Shown in pieces: positions 12,570-24,600 of a DNA stretch of 64,000 bases; position 1 is the first letter of the stretch; each line of letters opens with the position of its first letter. The notes under the pieces were generated by a model that ran no database searches, was not told the DNA's origin, and worked only from the letters and a program-made list of their open reading frames with translations. Origin of the DNA: Haliotis rufescens. Its lineage: Eukaryota. The position numbers and the translations under genes are program-made. Location: assembly GCF_023055435.1 (NCBI RefSeq), contig NW_025964376.1, positions 1,240,001 to 1,304,000 on the forward strand. Direction: 5' to 3'.

Positions 12570-12802
12570 ATTTGTTATCTAACGCCGCACTCAACAATAA
12601 TCTAAATATATACAGGCGGTCTACAAATATTCGAGTTTGGACCAAACAATCCAGTGAGTGCCATTATGAGCATCGATCTACGCAATTGGGATAAGATGAC
12701 AGGAATCAAGCTAGTCAAGGAGTCTGACTACCCGATGCCCACAATCGCCTCTTACACGAGCATGGGTTGCTGAAGACCCATTCCAACCCGGATCTTTATG
12801 AG
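12570..12802 (-). mobile_element. Non-tRNA short element, family C (LINE-like 5' and 3' ends)
   Basis: 5' part resembles the LINE 5' UTR (19757-19815), 3' end resembles the LINE/SINE tail; related pieces at 58400-58535 and 63539-63643. Confidence 0.7.
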
Positions 12803-12948
12803 TATTTGACCAATAAAACTGGTTCCATGACAGCATAATTATAAGGATGGGCATTACTACTGCTCCATGATTTTGTTTTATTTCTTCTGCTATGAGGCTG
12901 TCAGCAACTTTGCAGCTATATCGATCATGTCTTGCTGAACATATCTGA

Positions 12949-13184
12949 GTGAGTAAGTGAGTGGGTTGGGTTTACGCCGCTTTTAACAGTATTCCAGTTA
13001 TATCACGGCGTGTCAGCTTAATGTGGGAGGAAAGCCCGAAGTGATGCTGACAAACCTAGAAACATAATCGGGGTGAACCGGGATTCGAACCTACAATCAA
13101 AGGTTTCTGGCGTGCCCAAGGGACGCAACTCTGCACAGCGAATCGCGGCGCCTTTGACGACTGGGCCACCCGTGCTCCCTGTAA
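12949..13184 (-). mobile_element. tRNA-headed SINE, family A, internal deletion
   Basis: Near-identical to 20447-20727; (CTCA)n tail; possible TSD atatctga. Confidence 0.9.
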
Positions 13185-13331
13185 ATATCTGAAACTAGGT
13201 GAGATAATCTGTGGTTGATATGAGCAACGTCCGTGACGTAGCGGTACGATATAAGAAACAATGAACCACGATTCGTTTTACAATACACATGGTGTACCTA
13301 CGACAGATACTGTTCCTGAATCACCACGTTA

Positions 13332-13498
13332 GTGACTGAGTGAGTTTGGTTTAACGCCGCTATTAGCAATATTCAAGCAATAGCACGGCGGGGGACACCA
13401 TAAATTGGTTTCACACATTGTACCAATGTCGGGATACGAACCCGAAACTTCGGCGTGACGAGCGAACGCTTTAACCACTAGGCTACCCGACCGCCCCT
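13332..13498 (-). mobile_element. tRNA-headed SINE, family B
   Basis: A box tagcctagtgg, B-box-like gggttcgtatccc, (CTCA)n tail, 13-bp TSD aatcaccacgtta (13319-13331, 13499-13511). Confidence 0.93.
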
Positions 13499-14437
13499 AA
13501 TCACCACGTTAAGAAACAACAATTTTTCTGATGGCTAACAACTGGCAAAGGGTAATGTGATGTCTTATTTGTGTCGCATTTCAATCCTTGCATCTTAATA
13601 TACTTAAAACAATAGACAACTTCTTGTTCGAGTCACTGATAACACTATTTTTGTGACAAGTAAAACATTAATATAAAGTTGGTAAATATAAATACCTCAA
13701 CCAGTCTCGATTATCCATCGAAACATATTCCACTCGGCGTGAATTTACATTAGCGGTGAAAGTACTTGAACTACCCTCGTGCACAAATATACCATGGTGC
13801 TATGTCAGGGCGAGTTCCAAGAGAAAACCAATAGGGATGTTGTTCACGTTTTTGCGCTTCATGTCATCATTTCTACACCAATAAGCCTGATAACACAGTA
13901 TAATCACCCAGTCCTCAACAGTCCGCTCTTACCATTACAGGGTACTCTGAACTTTTCTGTCCCGGAATCCCCTCGGCGTTATTCATGTTACAGTCGTTGT
14001 AGTGGATCACGTGGAATGTGGATTATTGGAACCCTAAAATAAATATTATATCAGTATGGTTAGTTACATACATTCTCGTTTGGATAATACATGATAACAA
14101 AGCACTGAATGATGTACATAGCCTTTCATTGAAGTGCATATCACACGGTGATTTTGCCGCATAGATATTGAGGTGAACCGTTTACTTTCAATAGGCGGAC
14201 CAGGCGGACTATTCATAATGCTGAAAAAGAGTACATTACCTAAACTAGGGTGTGGCCTCGAGTGGCTTTTGCTACATATTGAGAAAATGTTAAAGTTGAT
14301 AGACAGGCGTCGGCTAATCCATCTGGGCTTTTGTAGGTACGCCGATGGATGTCAGTGAGTGAGTGAGTTAAGATTTAACGTCGCATCGGTAGTATTTCGG
14401 CCATATCGTGACGAGAGGTACATTAATAATACATATA

Positions 14438-15937
14438 AACTGACGTCCAAAAGAAACTTTACCAGAGTTTGAAATCACTCTTGCTCAAAAACAACAAAAC
14501 ATCCATGCATGAAGTAAAGTGTATTGAGAAGATCAATATATCAATATAATCAACACTGAAAATGACAACCATACCGCGACCGAGAATGACGTCAGAGCCC
14601 CCCAAAGTTGGGTGTGGTACAAAACTCGAGCCTATCATGGACAATAGGCAGAGTACATAAACAATCGCTCACGTTCAATAACAAGTCATTAGTAGCGTGT
14701 GTGACCACCAAATACCTCAATACGCGCAAACACTCTTCGACGCACAGAAAAAGTCAGTCGTCTGATGAGGTAACGTGGGATTTGACGCCATTCTTCTTGG
14801 TGGGCCAGGATCAGTTCTTGCCGGTTGGCTGGAGAGTGTGGTCGTTGTCGAACACGACGATCCATCAAGTCCCAGAGGTGTTCTATGGGGGACATGTCGG
14901 GTGAGCGTGCATGCCACGGCAGGTCGTTGACGTTGTTGGCTGCGAGGAAGTTAGTGACAATTCTGGCTGTATGGGCGCCAGCGTTGTCATGCTGATAATC
15001 GAAACCACGTGTCTGCTGTTGGAGAAATGGTAGGACAACTGGACGAAGAATGTTATCAATGTAACGCTGAGCTGTCAAGTTTCCGTCAACGATGACCAGC
15101 GGTGTCCTCTCCTGCCCACAGATCCCTCCCCACACCATGACACTCCCTCCTGCACGCAACACGCCGCCGTTCGTTCACCCCTTCGGTGGTAAACACGTTG
15201 TCTTCCATCAGCCCTAAACATACAGAATCGACTTTCGTCAGTGAAGACAACCCTCTGTCAGGCACGTCGTTGCCAACGTCGTACAGTCCGGACCCATCTC
15301 AATCGCAGACGACGATTTTGCGCTGTCAATAGCTGTCCTCTGTATGGTCTAAAAGCCCTGATTCCATGAGCCCTGAGTCTCATGGCCACTGTCTGTCGAC
15401 TAACCCTGTGACCTAAGGCATTTGTCGCCGATGACGTCACTGTCAGGAAGCGATTTCGGAGGTGCAAGGTACGCAAGTACCGGTCATCATGGGGCGTGGT
15501 CCACTGGGTCTGCCTGTTCTTGGCCTGTCAGCGGTCGGCCCTGTCTGTCTGTAACGTTGCATCAAGTTAGTAACGGCAACACGGGAGCAACCGAAGGTTC
15601 GTGCAATATGGGCGTGGGTGGCTCCCATCTGTACCATACTCAAGGCTCGTTCACGTTGTTCGACTGTGAGTCGTGGCATTTATTTTGTGTTTCTTTTTCA
15701 CTGTGGATGTCTGACTTGCCGTTGCAATCGTTTTATACCCCTTACCCGCACGTGCATTTGCAGTTGTCCGTGGTGCACGTGTTTTTCACTTTTTCGCGTG
15801 TTATCTCGCAAACATGTAACAGACGATTAACATTTCTGCATACACTATGTGTTTTAGATAGACCTCATCGAAAACAATTTTATACTTTGTCTGAGTTTTA
15901 TATTTTCAATTGGTAAAGTTTCTTTTGGACGTCTGTT
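14438..15937 (-). mobile_element. Tc1 transposon (DD34E), frameshifted transposase 14689-15679
   Basis: 27-bp TIRs (14438-14464, 15911-15937), TA TSD, motifs FTDESRF, HDNAGAH, SPDMSPIE with 34-residue spacing, GGHTRY*. Confidence 0.96.
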
Positions 15938-18606
15938 TATTTAGACAATATAAAAAGCTGTCAACGAAGAACAGTACAATAAGTAGAATATCACAGTGTC
16001 TATTTAAAACTAGCTGAGAATATATAAAAGTCATAAGTATTAGTGAACACCACAATGTAAAAATGGGCTAGAGATCGTCAGTAACTAAAGGGAGATCACC
16101 ATACTAGGGACCATGGGAACGTACAGTGCCTTTGCTTCCTGCATGGACCCTGCAGGATTTATATTATCCCTTCAGATCAGTCACTGGCGACAGTGTACCA
16201 ATTAAGCCAAAGATTAAAATGACGAATATTCTACATTTAAAAGCCTGGCATGCATAAAAATACGTCGAAAGATACGGGACTTACATCCCCTCTTAGGGGG
16301 ACAATAAGTTTACGCTACTTCAACCCCCTCGAGGGTACAGCCATTAACAATCTAAGTTATTAATTAGCACTACCAATTTTTAAAATCATACAGTGTGAAC
16401 ATCAAAATGTATATATTTATGTATAAGTTCTATTTCTTTAAAAAAAACATATTATTAAATGAGAATGAACTTTACTACAAAGGTCATTCACTGTTTTTAC
16501 ACTGAAATATTTATCCCTTATGATGGAAAAGTCAATACAGCCTTTCATCACAAGGATAAAAAACGGAGCATCCTCACTTTTTAACAGATACCCATGAGTA
16601 TAATCTAGAAGGGTAAATACGACATCGTCGCATAATGACCTCTTCACACCTGGACTGACAGCCCAAGTAGGAGTATCCAATATTTGGTTTAATTGCATGT
16701 AGTTTATTGATACCTACTTGGGTGTCCCACTTCTTTTGCATCAGATCACGGATGTAAGATCTAATTATAGGTTTATAATCATTGTATGGGATAAGAAGTG
16801 GTGTCATAGATTTATTGAGTGCTGCTTTTGCAGCAGCATCAGCCATTGTGTTACCAGTGATACCAACATGGCTTGGTAACCAACAAAAGACGATGTTGTA
16901 TTGGCCAGTAGCAAGATCATTAATTAACTCAAGAATTTCAATTAAAAATTGATTTTTACAAGACATATTTTAATAGCCATGAAGGCATGAAAGTGAATCT
17001 GAAAAAATAATGAATTCTTTATATTTGGATTTGTTCTTGATATATTTTAGAGCTGTTAAAATTGCGTGTGCTTCTGCTGTGAATATGGAACTATTAACGG
17101 GTAATCGTGAAGCTACTGTTCTTGATCCAATGACAGTGGAACTAGCAACTTCGTCACCATCCTTGGATCCATCTGTAAATATAGATTTATAAGTGTCATT
17201 AGTGTTGCGTAATTGATTGTATTCTTGTTTAAAAATTAGTGGATTTGTATCAGATTTCTTAAGTCTATTTAATGTGATGTCTACATTTGGCCTTACCATT
17301 TGCCAAGGTGGCGATGAAAATAGTTGTTTGGGAGCTATATCCTGAAAGTTAATCTTAGCAGCAGAAACGACATATTTAATTCTTATTCCAAGTGGTGGAA
17401 TAAGAGATGTTTTCTTATTGTAAATATCTACGTAAAGAGGATTAAAAACGCAGTTAAAAGCCGGATTTGACTGATTAGAATATAATTTAGTGATGTATTG
17501 TAAAGGTAATTTCAGATGGCGTTGTTTAGGAGAAGGTGCAACAGACTTGGAATAGGAGAAGTGCGAAAGGCTCTAAGACAAAGCCTCGGACCTTGGTGAT
17601 GGATAGTATCTAGTCTTTGAAAATAACTTTTACATGCTCCACCATAGACGATGGAGCCGTAATCAAGTTTGGAACGGATCAGTGATTTATATGCAAGTGT
17701 ATGCGGTAAGAAAGTTAGATGGCTGTCAAAAATAAAACCCGAGAACTTTGCCTCCTTTACCACTTTGATAGGGCTGCCATTCAGTCTTTATGTGGCTTAT
17801 ATTTTCTGCAGAAATGTATACAACTAGTTTTTGATTTAGAGAATTTAAACCCATTTTCAAGGGACCACTTGTGAATTTTATTGAGACAGATTTGTAACTG
17901 CCTCACTGTGGTATGCATATTTTTACCACGACAAGATATATTAAAATCATCCACGAAAAGTGATCCATCCACTGAAACCTTTGACAGACTATTTATTTTA
18001 ATACTAAACAAGGTAACAGACAAAATACTGCCTTGTGGGACACCCTACTACTGATTATAATGGCCAGACAGGGTGGTTCCCTCTCAAACCTAAATCATGA
18101 AAATCCTTTAAAATACCATGCTTCCAGGTAGTATCGTATGCTTTCTCAAGATCAAAGAAAATTGAAACTTCGTGTTGTTTATCTACAATAGCATTTTTAA
18201 CAAAGGATTCTAATCGTACTAAATGATCAATAGTACTTCTATTCTTCCGGAAACCACATTGAGTATTAGAAAGATGACTGTTGGTTACCAAAAAACATAC
18301 TTATCTATCATTTATTATTCGTTCGATGGTTTTGCAAACACAACTGGTTAATGATAAAGGGGGGTAATTTAAGGGATCTGCATAATCCCGTCCAGGTCTT
18401 TGTATCGGGACCACAATAGCACAACAAGTGTTGTGTTCGGCAAAAGGAACACTGTTCATGGAACCAGTGCCCTCAACCACCAGAATCCCTTCCTCCGCCG
18501 ACACAGGGGCGCAACCAACGGCAAACGGGTTGCCCAATTCGGTCGCCTTTTACGACCAGCAATGGGGTGCCGAGGACACATTCTACCCTGGGTTCACACG
18601 GGGGAA

Positions 18607-18661
18607 GAGCTGTTAGCGTTACCCAGCACTCACCACGGGGAGATTGCTCATCACGAATGCC
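18607..18661 (-). ncRNA. Compact HDV-like ribozyme at 5' end of minus-strand LINE
   Basis: GGCAUUC-GUGAU-GAGCA-AUC-UCCCCGU-GGU-GAGUGCU-GG-GUAAC-GCUAA-CA-GCUC; G1 abuts the TSD. Confidence 0.8.
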
Positions 18662-18797
18662 CGATGGATGTCAATTTTGTTTATCTATAAACGGCTTCTA
18701 ATAGGATTATAATCCCAAATGACAACGGTCGATAAAGGAATGCTCACATTTCCCGTTAAGATTGAAATTGACATACGATAAGAACACCTTGCCAATA

Positions 18798-19699
18798 AAC
18801 TCAACTGTGTCAATTTCGCAAGAGTTGAAGCTCATCTGTGTCAAATGTGTCAAGAGATGAAGGTCAACTGTGTCAAGAGATGAAGATCAACTGTGTCAAG
18901 AGACGACGCTCAGCTGTGCCATTTGTGTCGAGAGATGAAGGTCAACTGTGTCAAGTCAAGACATGAAGCTCAGCTGTGTCATCTGTGTCAAAAGATGAAG
19001 TTCAACTGTGTCAAAGTGATGAAGCTCAACTCTGTCAACTGTGTCAAAAAATGAAGCTCTACTGTGTCAAGAGACGACGCTCAGCTGTGTCTTCTGTGTC
19101 AAGAGATGAAGTTCAACTGTGTCAATTGTGTCAAGAGGTGAAGCTCAACCGTGTCATCTGTGTCAAGAGATGAAGCTCAACTGTGTCAATTGTGTCAAGA
19201 GGTGAAGCTCAACTGTGTCATCTGTGTCAAGAGATGAAGCTCAACTGTGTCATCTGTGTCAAGAGATGAAGCTCAGCTGTGACAGCTGTGTCAAGAGATG
19301 AAGCTCAACTGTGTCAATTGTGTCAAGAGATGAAGCTCAACTGTGTCAAGTCAAGAGATGGAGCTCAAATGTGTCATCTGTGTCAGGGGATGAAGCTAAA
19401 CTATGTTAATTGGGTCAAGAGATGACACTCAACTGTGTCAACTGTGTCAAGTGATGAAACTCAGCTGTGTCAACTGTGTCAAGAGATGAAGCTCAACTGT
19501 GTAAAAAAGAGATGAAGCTCAACTATGTCAACTGTGTCAAGTGATGAAACTCAGCTGTGTCAACTGTGTTAAGAGATGAAGCTCAACTGTGTAAAGAAGA
19601 GATGAAACTCAACTGTGTTAAATCAAGTGATGAAACTCAGCTGTGTCAACTGTGTCAAGAGATGAAGCTCAGCTGTGTCAAATTGTGTCAAGAGATAAA
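18798..19699. repeat. Minisatellite 2, left part (AAGAGATGAAGCTCAACTGTGTC[AACTGTGTC], 23/32-bp units)
   Basis: Direct read; continues at 25778 after the LINE insertion. Confidence 0.97.
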
Positions 19700-19754
19700 G
19701 GCACTCGTTGAGAGCAATCTCCCCGTGGTGAGTGCTGGGTAACGCTAATAGCTC
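19700..19754 (+). ncRNA. Compact HDV-like ribozyme at 5' end of plus-strand LINE
   Basis: GGCACUC-GUUGA-GAGCA-AUC-UCCCCGU-GGU-GAGUGCU-GG-GUAAC-GCUAA-UA-GCUC; starts where the satellite stops. Confidence 0.82.
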
Positions 19755-20352
19755 TTTCCCCGTGTGGACCCGGGGTTGAATTTGTCCATTGCTTGTCGTA
19801 TGAGGCGACTAAAATTGGGCAAACTGTTTGCCTTTGGTTGCGCCCCTGTGTCGGCGGAGGACCGGATTCTGGTAGTTGAGGGGACTGTTTCCAGGAACAG
19901 TGTTCCTTTGCCCAACACACTACTTTGACCCTTACTTCGCCTAGACGGGTGATAGGATGGGCTCGGTTCTATCAATCGGCTGGTCATGTCTAGCTCTGTG
20001 CTGGAAAATTGTTTGTCTTATTTACTACATTATATTGTATTTTGGCTTTGAATGTTAAACTTTCTGTAAATACGTTTGCCTAGAGTCCAATGCCAGAAGG
20101 CGGTGGCTCATGGGCCAATCTGGTAATGTCGACCTCTGAGTTCTATATGTCTCCAATTTCTTGTTATGAGCAGAACCAGCCTAGCATTATTATTGGTAGA
20201 CAATTATAGCTATTCATGCCGTATTAGTTGGAGTATATCACCCTTGTATCCCCAGTGTTTGCATGCCGGATCTCCGCTGCAGTGAAACACTGTCCTTGTT
20301 GACACTCCATGGTGGTTGAGGAGCGGGGGTGCTGAATCTTACTACCTACATC

Positions 20353-21690
20353 ATGTCGCTTACCCATTCTGGCTCCGTTAGAAATGACAAGAAAAGGAGA
20401 TTAGAGGCTGATCATCTCTCATATCATGAAGATGTATCAGTTTCAATTGGATGAGTGAGTTGGGTTTAACGCCGCTTTTAACAGTATTCCAGTTATATCA
20501 CGGGGTGTCAGCTTAATGTGGGAGGAAAGCCCGAAGTGATGCAGGTCTCAGACGTTTACCACTTCGGTGAAACCCACGAGCACGGGTATGGTGCTGACAA
20601 ACCTTGAAACATAATCGGGGCGAACCGGGATTCGAACCCACAATCAAAGGTTTCTGGCGTGCCCAGGGGACGCAACTCTGCAGTGCGAATCGCGGCGCCT
20701 TCGACGACTGGGCCACCCGTGCCCCCTTATCAGTTTCAAAACCAGAAACCAGAAACTTGGGCCAAGTTTATAGTCATTGAATCTACAAATGGAGATCCAC
20801 TTAAAATCAATCCTTTTGTTATCTCAAAGACAATTCAGTCTATCTGTGGTGAAGTTAAGAAAGTTTCACGTCTCCGAGGCGGTTTGCTCCTTGTTGAGTG
20901 TGCCAAACGGCAACAATCTATAAATTTGTTATAACAACATCAATTTGCAAACATCAGTGTTGCTGTTTCAGCGCACAAAACACTAAACTCTAGTAGAGGC
21001 ATTGTTAGAGACAGAGCCCGTTGTCTGGTGGACATGTCTGAGGAAGAAATAGTTTCCGAACTTAAAGACCAAAATGTCACTTCTGTTAAACGCTTCACTG
21101 TCAAGAAACAGGATGGTAGAATTAAACCCAGCAACACCTACCTGTTTACATTTGCTTTGTCTACTGTACCCAAATCAATAAAAGCTGATTATTTCAATAT
21201 CGGGGTGGAGGTGTATATCCCCTCTCCACTCCGATGTTATACATGTCAATAGTTTGGGCATGGTTCCAAATCCTACCGTTTCTCTCATCGTTGTCACCGC
21301 TGCAGTGAGGATCATCAGGACTCTGATTGCACTAAAGATCCTAAATGTGCAAATTGCAGTGGTGACCATCTGTCATCCTCTAAATCTTGCCCTGAGTGGC
21401 AGATTTAAACAAAAATCCTAAAATTAAAATATGAAACCAATATCCCTTTCAATGAAGCTAAATAACACATTCTAAGTCAGACTCCAGCAAAGTAATCTAC
21501 TACTATCTCCTACTCAGCTGCTGTCTCAAACAAACTAAAATCGGTTTCTATTTCGTGCCAAATAGATTTGACGTGGATTAGGTACCTGTAACTGTTGAGG
21601 TTCATAACTCATTTGACCCTCTGGAGATGGAGATGGAGTTGTCCGTTTTCCTCACGTGGCCGTGAGAGATCCCCCATAGAACCTCCATGA
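20353..21690 (+). pseudogene. LINE ORF1 (gag-like), disrupted
   Basis: INPFVISKTI..LRGGLLLVEC; PLRCYTCQ*FGH..RCHRCSEDH..KCANCSGDH..CPEW; SINE insertion and stops. Confidence 0.88.
20447..20727 (-). mobile_element. tRNA-headed SINE, family A, full length, inside LINE ORF1
   Basis: A-box-like gtggcccagtcg, B box gggttcgaatccc, 12-bp TSD tatcagtttcaa (20435-20446, 20728-20739). Confidence 0.95.
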
Positions 21691-24600
21691 ACCAATATCA
21701 TTTAGCGGAATTCCAGAGGATTGAGGAATAATTCTAATGAAGTACAGTTATTAGCACAAGATTATAAACCATCAGCATTTAGATTGCAGGAAACGTATCT
21801 TAAGCAAACTGATAAATTTGAAATGCGTCAGTACAATTCATACAATTCTTTTTCCCCAACAGGTGATAAAGCTGGGGGTGCTTCAATTTTGGTGAGGCAG
21901 GGCATTATCCACAGCCCTGTTTCTCTTAACTGTAATCTTCAGGCTGTTGCTGTCCGTCTTACCTTACACATAACCTTCACACTTTGTTCATTATATATTT
22001 CTCCATCCTCGAATCTTCAGCAGTCCGATCTTCAGGATTTATTTGACAAGCTCCCAAAGCCCTGTATCACAATGGGTGATCTTAATGGACATAACCCTCT
22101 ATGGGGAAGTTCCAATACTAACAATAAAGGGAAAATCCTTGAAGATTTTATTTCTAATAATAATCTATGCATATTCAACGACGGCTCGAACACAAATTTA
22201 CATCCTGCAACTGGTACATATGCTGCTTTAAATCTGTCAATCACAGATTCTAACATATATAATGAATTTGAATGGTCAGTCCATGATGACCTTTGTGGAA
22301 GTGATCATTTTCCAACAGTAATTACAGCTGTAAATCCCACTGATGCTCCACCTTCAACACGGTGGGATTTTTCAAAGGCCGATTGGCCATTATTTCAGAC
22401 TATATGTACTGACAAATTGAAACCAAACCTTTTCATGGATGTACCTGTTTCAATTAAATCATTCTCTGACAAACTGAAGAACATAGCTGATGAAACTATT
22501 CCTAAGTCCTCTATGAACCCACATATTCGGAAACCGTGGTTTAATTACGAATGCAAACAAGCTAGGAAGCGTAGGAAGAAGGGAGAGACATATGTTCGAC
22601 GCCATCCTACTGTACATAATTTAAACAATGTCAAAATCAATTCTGCCAAAGCTCGACGAACCTTTAAACACAATAAACGTCAGTCTTGGAAGAATTATGT
22701 TTCTTAAATAAATTCACGCATGCCTATGTCTAAGGTATGGAACATGATCCAAAACATCAAAGGCAAAGGTTCCAAAACTAATATTCGTCATTTAAAAGAT
22801 GACAATAATTTATTGACTGAAAAATCAGATATTGCAAATAAATTGGGCGAAACTTTAGCTAAACATTCTTCTTCGTCAAATTATATTCCAATGGCGAAGA
22901 TAATAATGAAGTTTTTTCACTACATGAACTACACACTGCGTTAGCACAAGTTCATGATACTGCAACTGGTGCTGATGATATTCATTATCAGCTCTTAAAA
23001 CACTTGCCTGAATCTTGTCTCACAACACTACTGAATATTTTTTATGATATTTGGACAACAGGACATTTTCCCCCTCCATGGAGAAATGCTATAGTTGTAC
23101 CCATACCAAAACCTGGCAGGGATCATACAGATCCATCAAATTATCGACCTATTTCATTAACTAGCTGTGTTTGTAAAACCATGGAGCGCATAGTAAATAG
23201 TCGATTAGTTTGGTTTTTAGAAGCCAATAATCTGATTAGTAACATCCAATACGGTTTCCGTAAAATCCGAAGTACAATTGACTATTTGGTTCGTTTAGAA
23301 TCATTTATTAAAAATGCTTTTGTAAATAAACAGCATGCTGTATCTATCTTTTTCGATCTTGAAAAAGCCTATGATACCACTTGGAAGCATGGTATTTTAA
23401 AAGATTTACATGACTTTGGTTTAAGAGGCCGCTTGCCTCAATTTATATCACAGTTTTTAACAGACAGACAATTTCAAGTTCGTGTTGGATCAACCCTGTC
23501 TGATCATTTTAATCACAGGGCACTATCACTTGGAAACATGGTATTTTAAAAGATGTACATGACTTTGGTTTAAGAGGCCGCTTGCCTCAATTTATATCAC
23601 AGTTTTTAACAGACAGACAATTTCAAGTTCGTGTTGGATCGACCCTGTCTGATCATTTTAATCACAGGGCAGTTTGTTTAGCATCCAAATAAATAGTTTT
23701 TCTAAAGTATTAAATGACTCAATAGATGGGTCATTGTTTGTGGATGGTTTTAATATTTCATGCCGTGGTAAAAATATGCATACCATTGAAAGACAGTTAC
23801 AGTTGTGTCTTAATACAATTAATAAATGGTGTCTTGAGAATGGATTTAAGTTTTCACAGACCAAGACAAATTGAATACATTTCTGTCGGAAATATAAACC
23901 CCATAAAGACCCAGAGCTCTCTTTAGATCGCACTCCAATTAAGGTTTCAAAAGAGGCCAAATTCTTGGGATTGATTTTCGACCACCATTTGACGTTTTGG
24001 CCACATATCAAATATTTAAAGACTAAATGCCTGAAGGCCCTAGATTTGTTGAAAGTCGTCTCGAATTCTAAGTGGGGGTGGGGGATCAGACAACTCTCCT
24101 TCACTTATATCGATCATTAATCCGCTCTTAATTGGATTATGGCTCCATTATGTATGCTGGAGCTTGCAAGTGTAATTTAAAAAAGCTAGATTCAATCCAC
24201 CATCAAGGACTTAGACTGTGCCTTGGTGCTTTTAGAACTTCTCCTGTTGACAAGGTCGTATCAAATTGTCTCTTCAATATATCACTAAATTACACTCTAA
24301 TCCTTCTAATCCTGTTTATGACTCTGTTTTTCATCCCCTATATGAAGAACTGTTTCAGAAAAAAACAAAGCTGGTTCCACCACTTGGAATTCGGATCAAA
24401 TCAAATATTATGGCTGCAAATATAGATCTAGATAAAATCTCACCATATCGTCTCTTGTCTACAAATCCCTGGCAGCTGGTGAGGCCAGAAGTAGACGTTT
24501 CTCTGAACCGTTTTATTAAATCTGACACAAATTAACTTATAATTCAACAGGAGTATGTACAATAAGGAAAGAAATATGACACTCACCGTTCCATCTTTAC

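Larger units (their letters stand above)
14355..18661 (-). mobile_element. I-group (Nimb/Ingi-like) LINE, internally deleted (no ORF1/EN), Tc1 nested in 3' UTR
   Basis: RT (FFDLEKAYD, GVPQG, LFVDD), RNase H (FTDGSK, FSDSLS, WLPSHVGITGN), (CTCA)n tail, 12-bp TSD cgatggatgtca (14343-14354, 18662-18673). Confidence 0.93.

Noticed and set aside
13420-13498. tRNA genes here and near 20620-20727 and 32754-32850
   Set aside because: No proper cloverleaf; they continue into SINE bodies with tails and TSDs.
10250-14340. Inward extension of the inverted duplication
   Set aside because: Similarities to 14300-14350 and 18670-18790 were too weak to support by eye.
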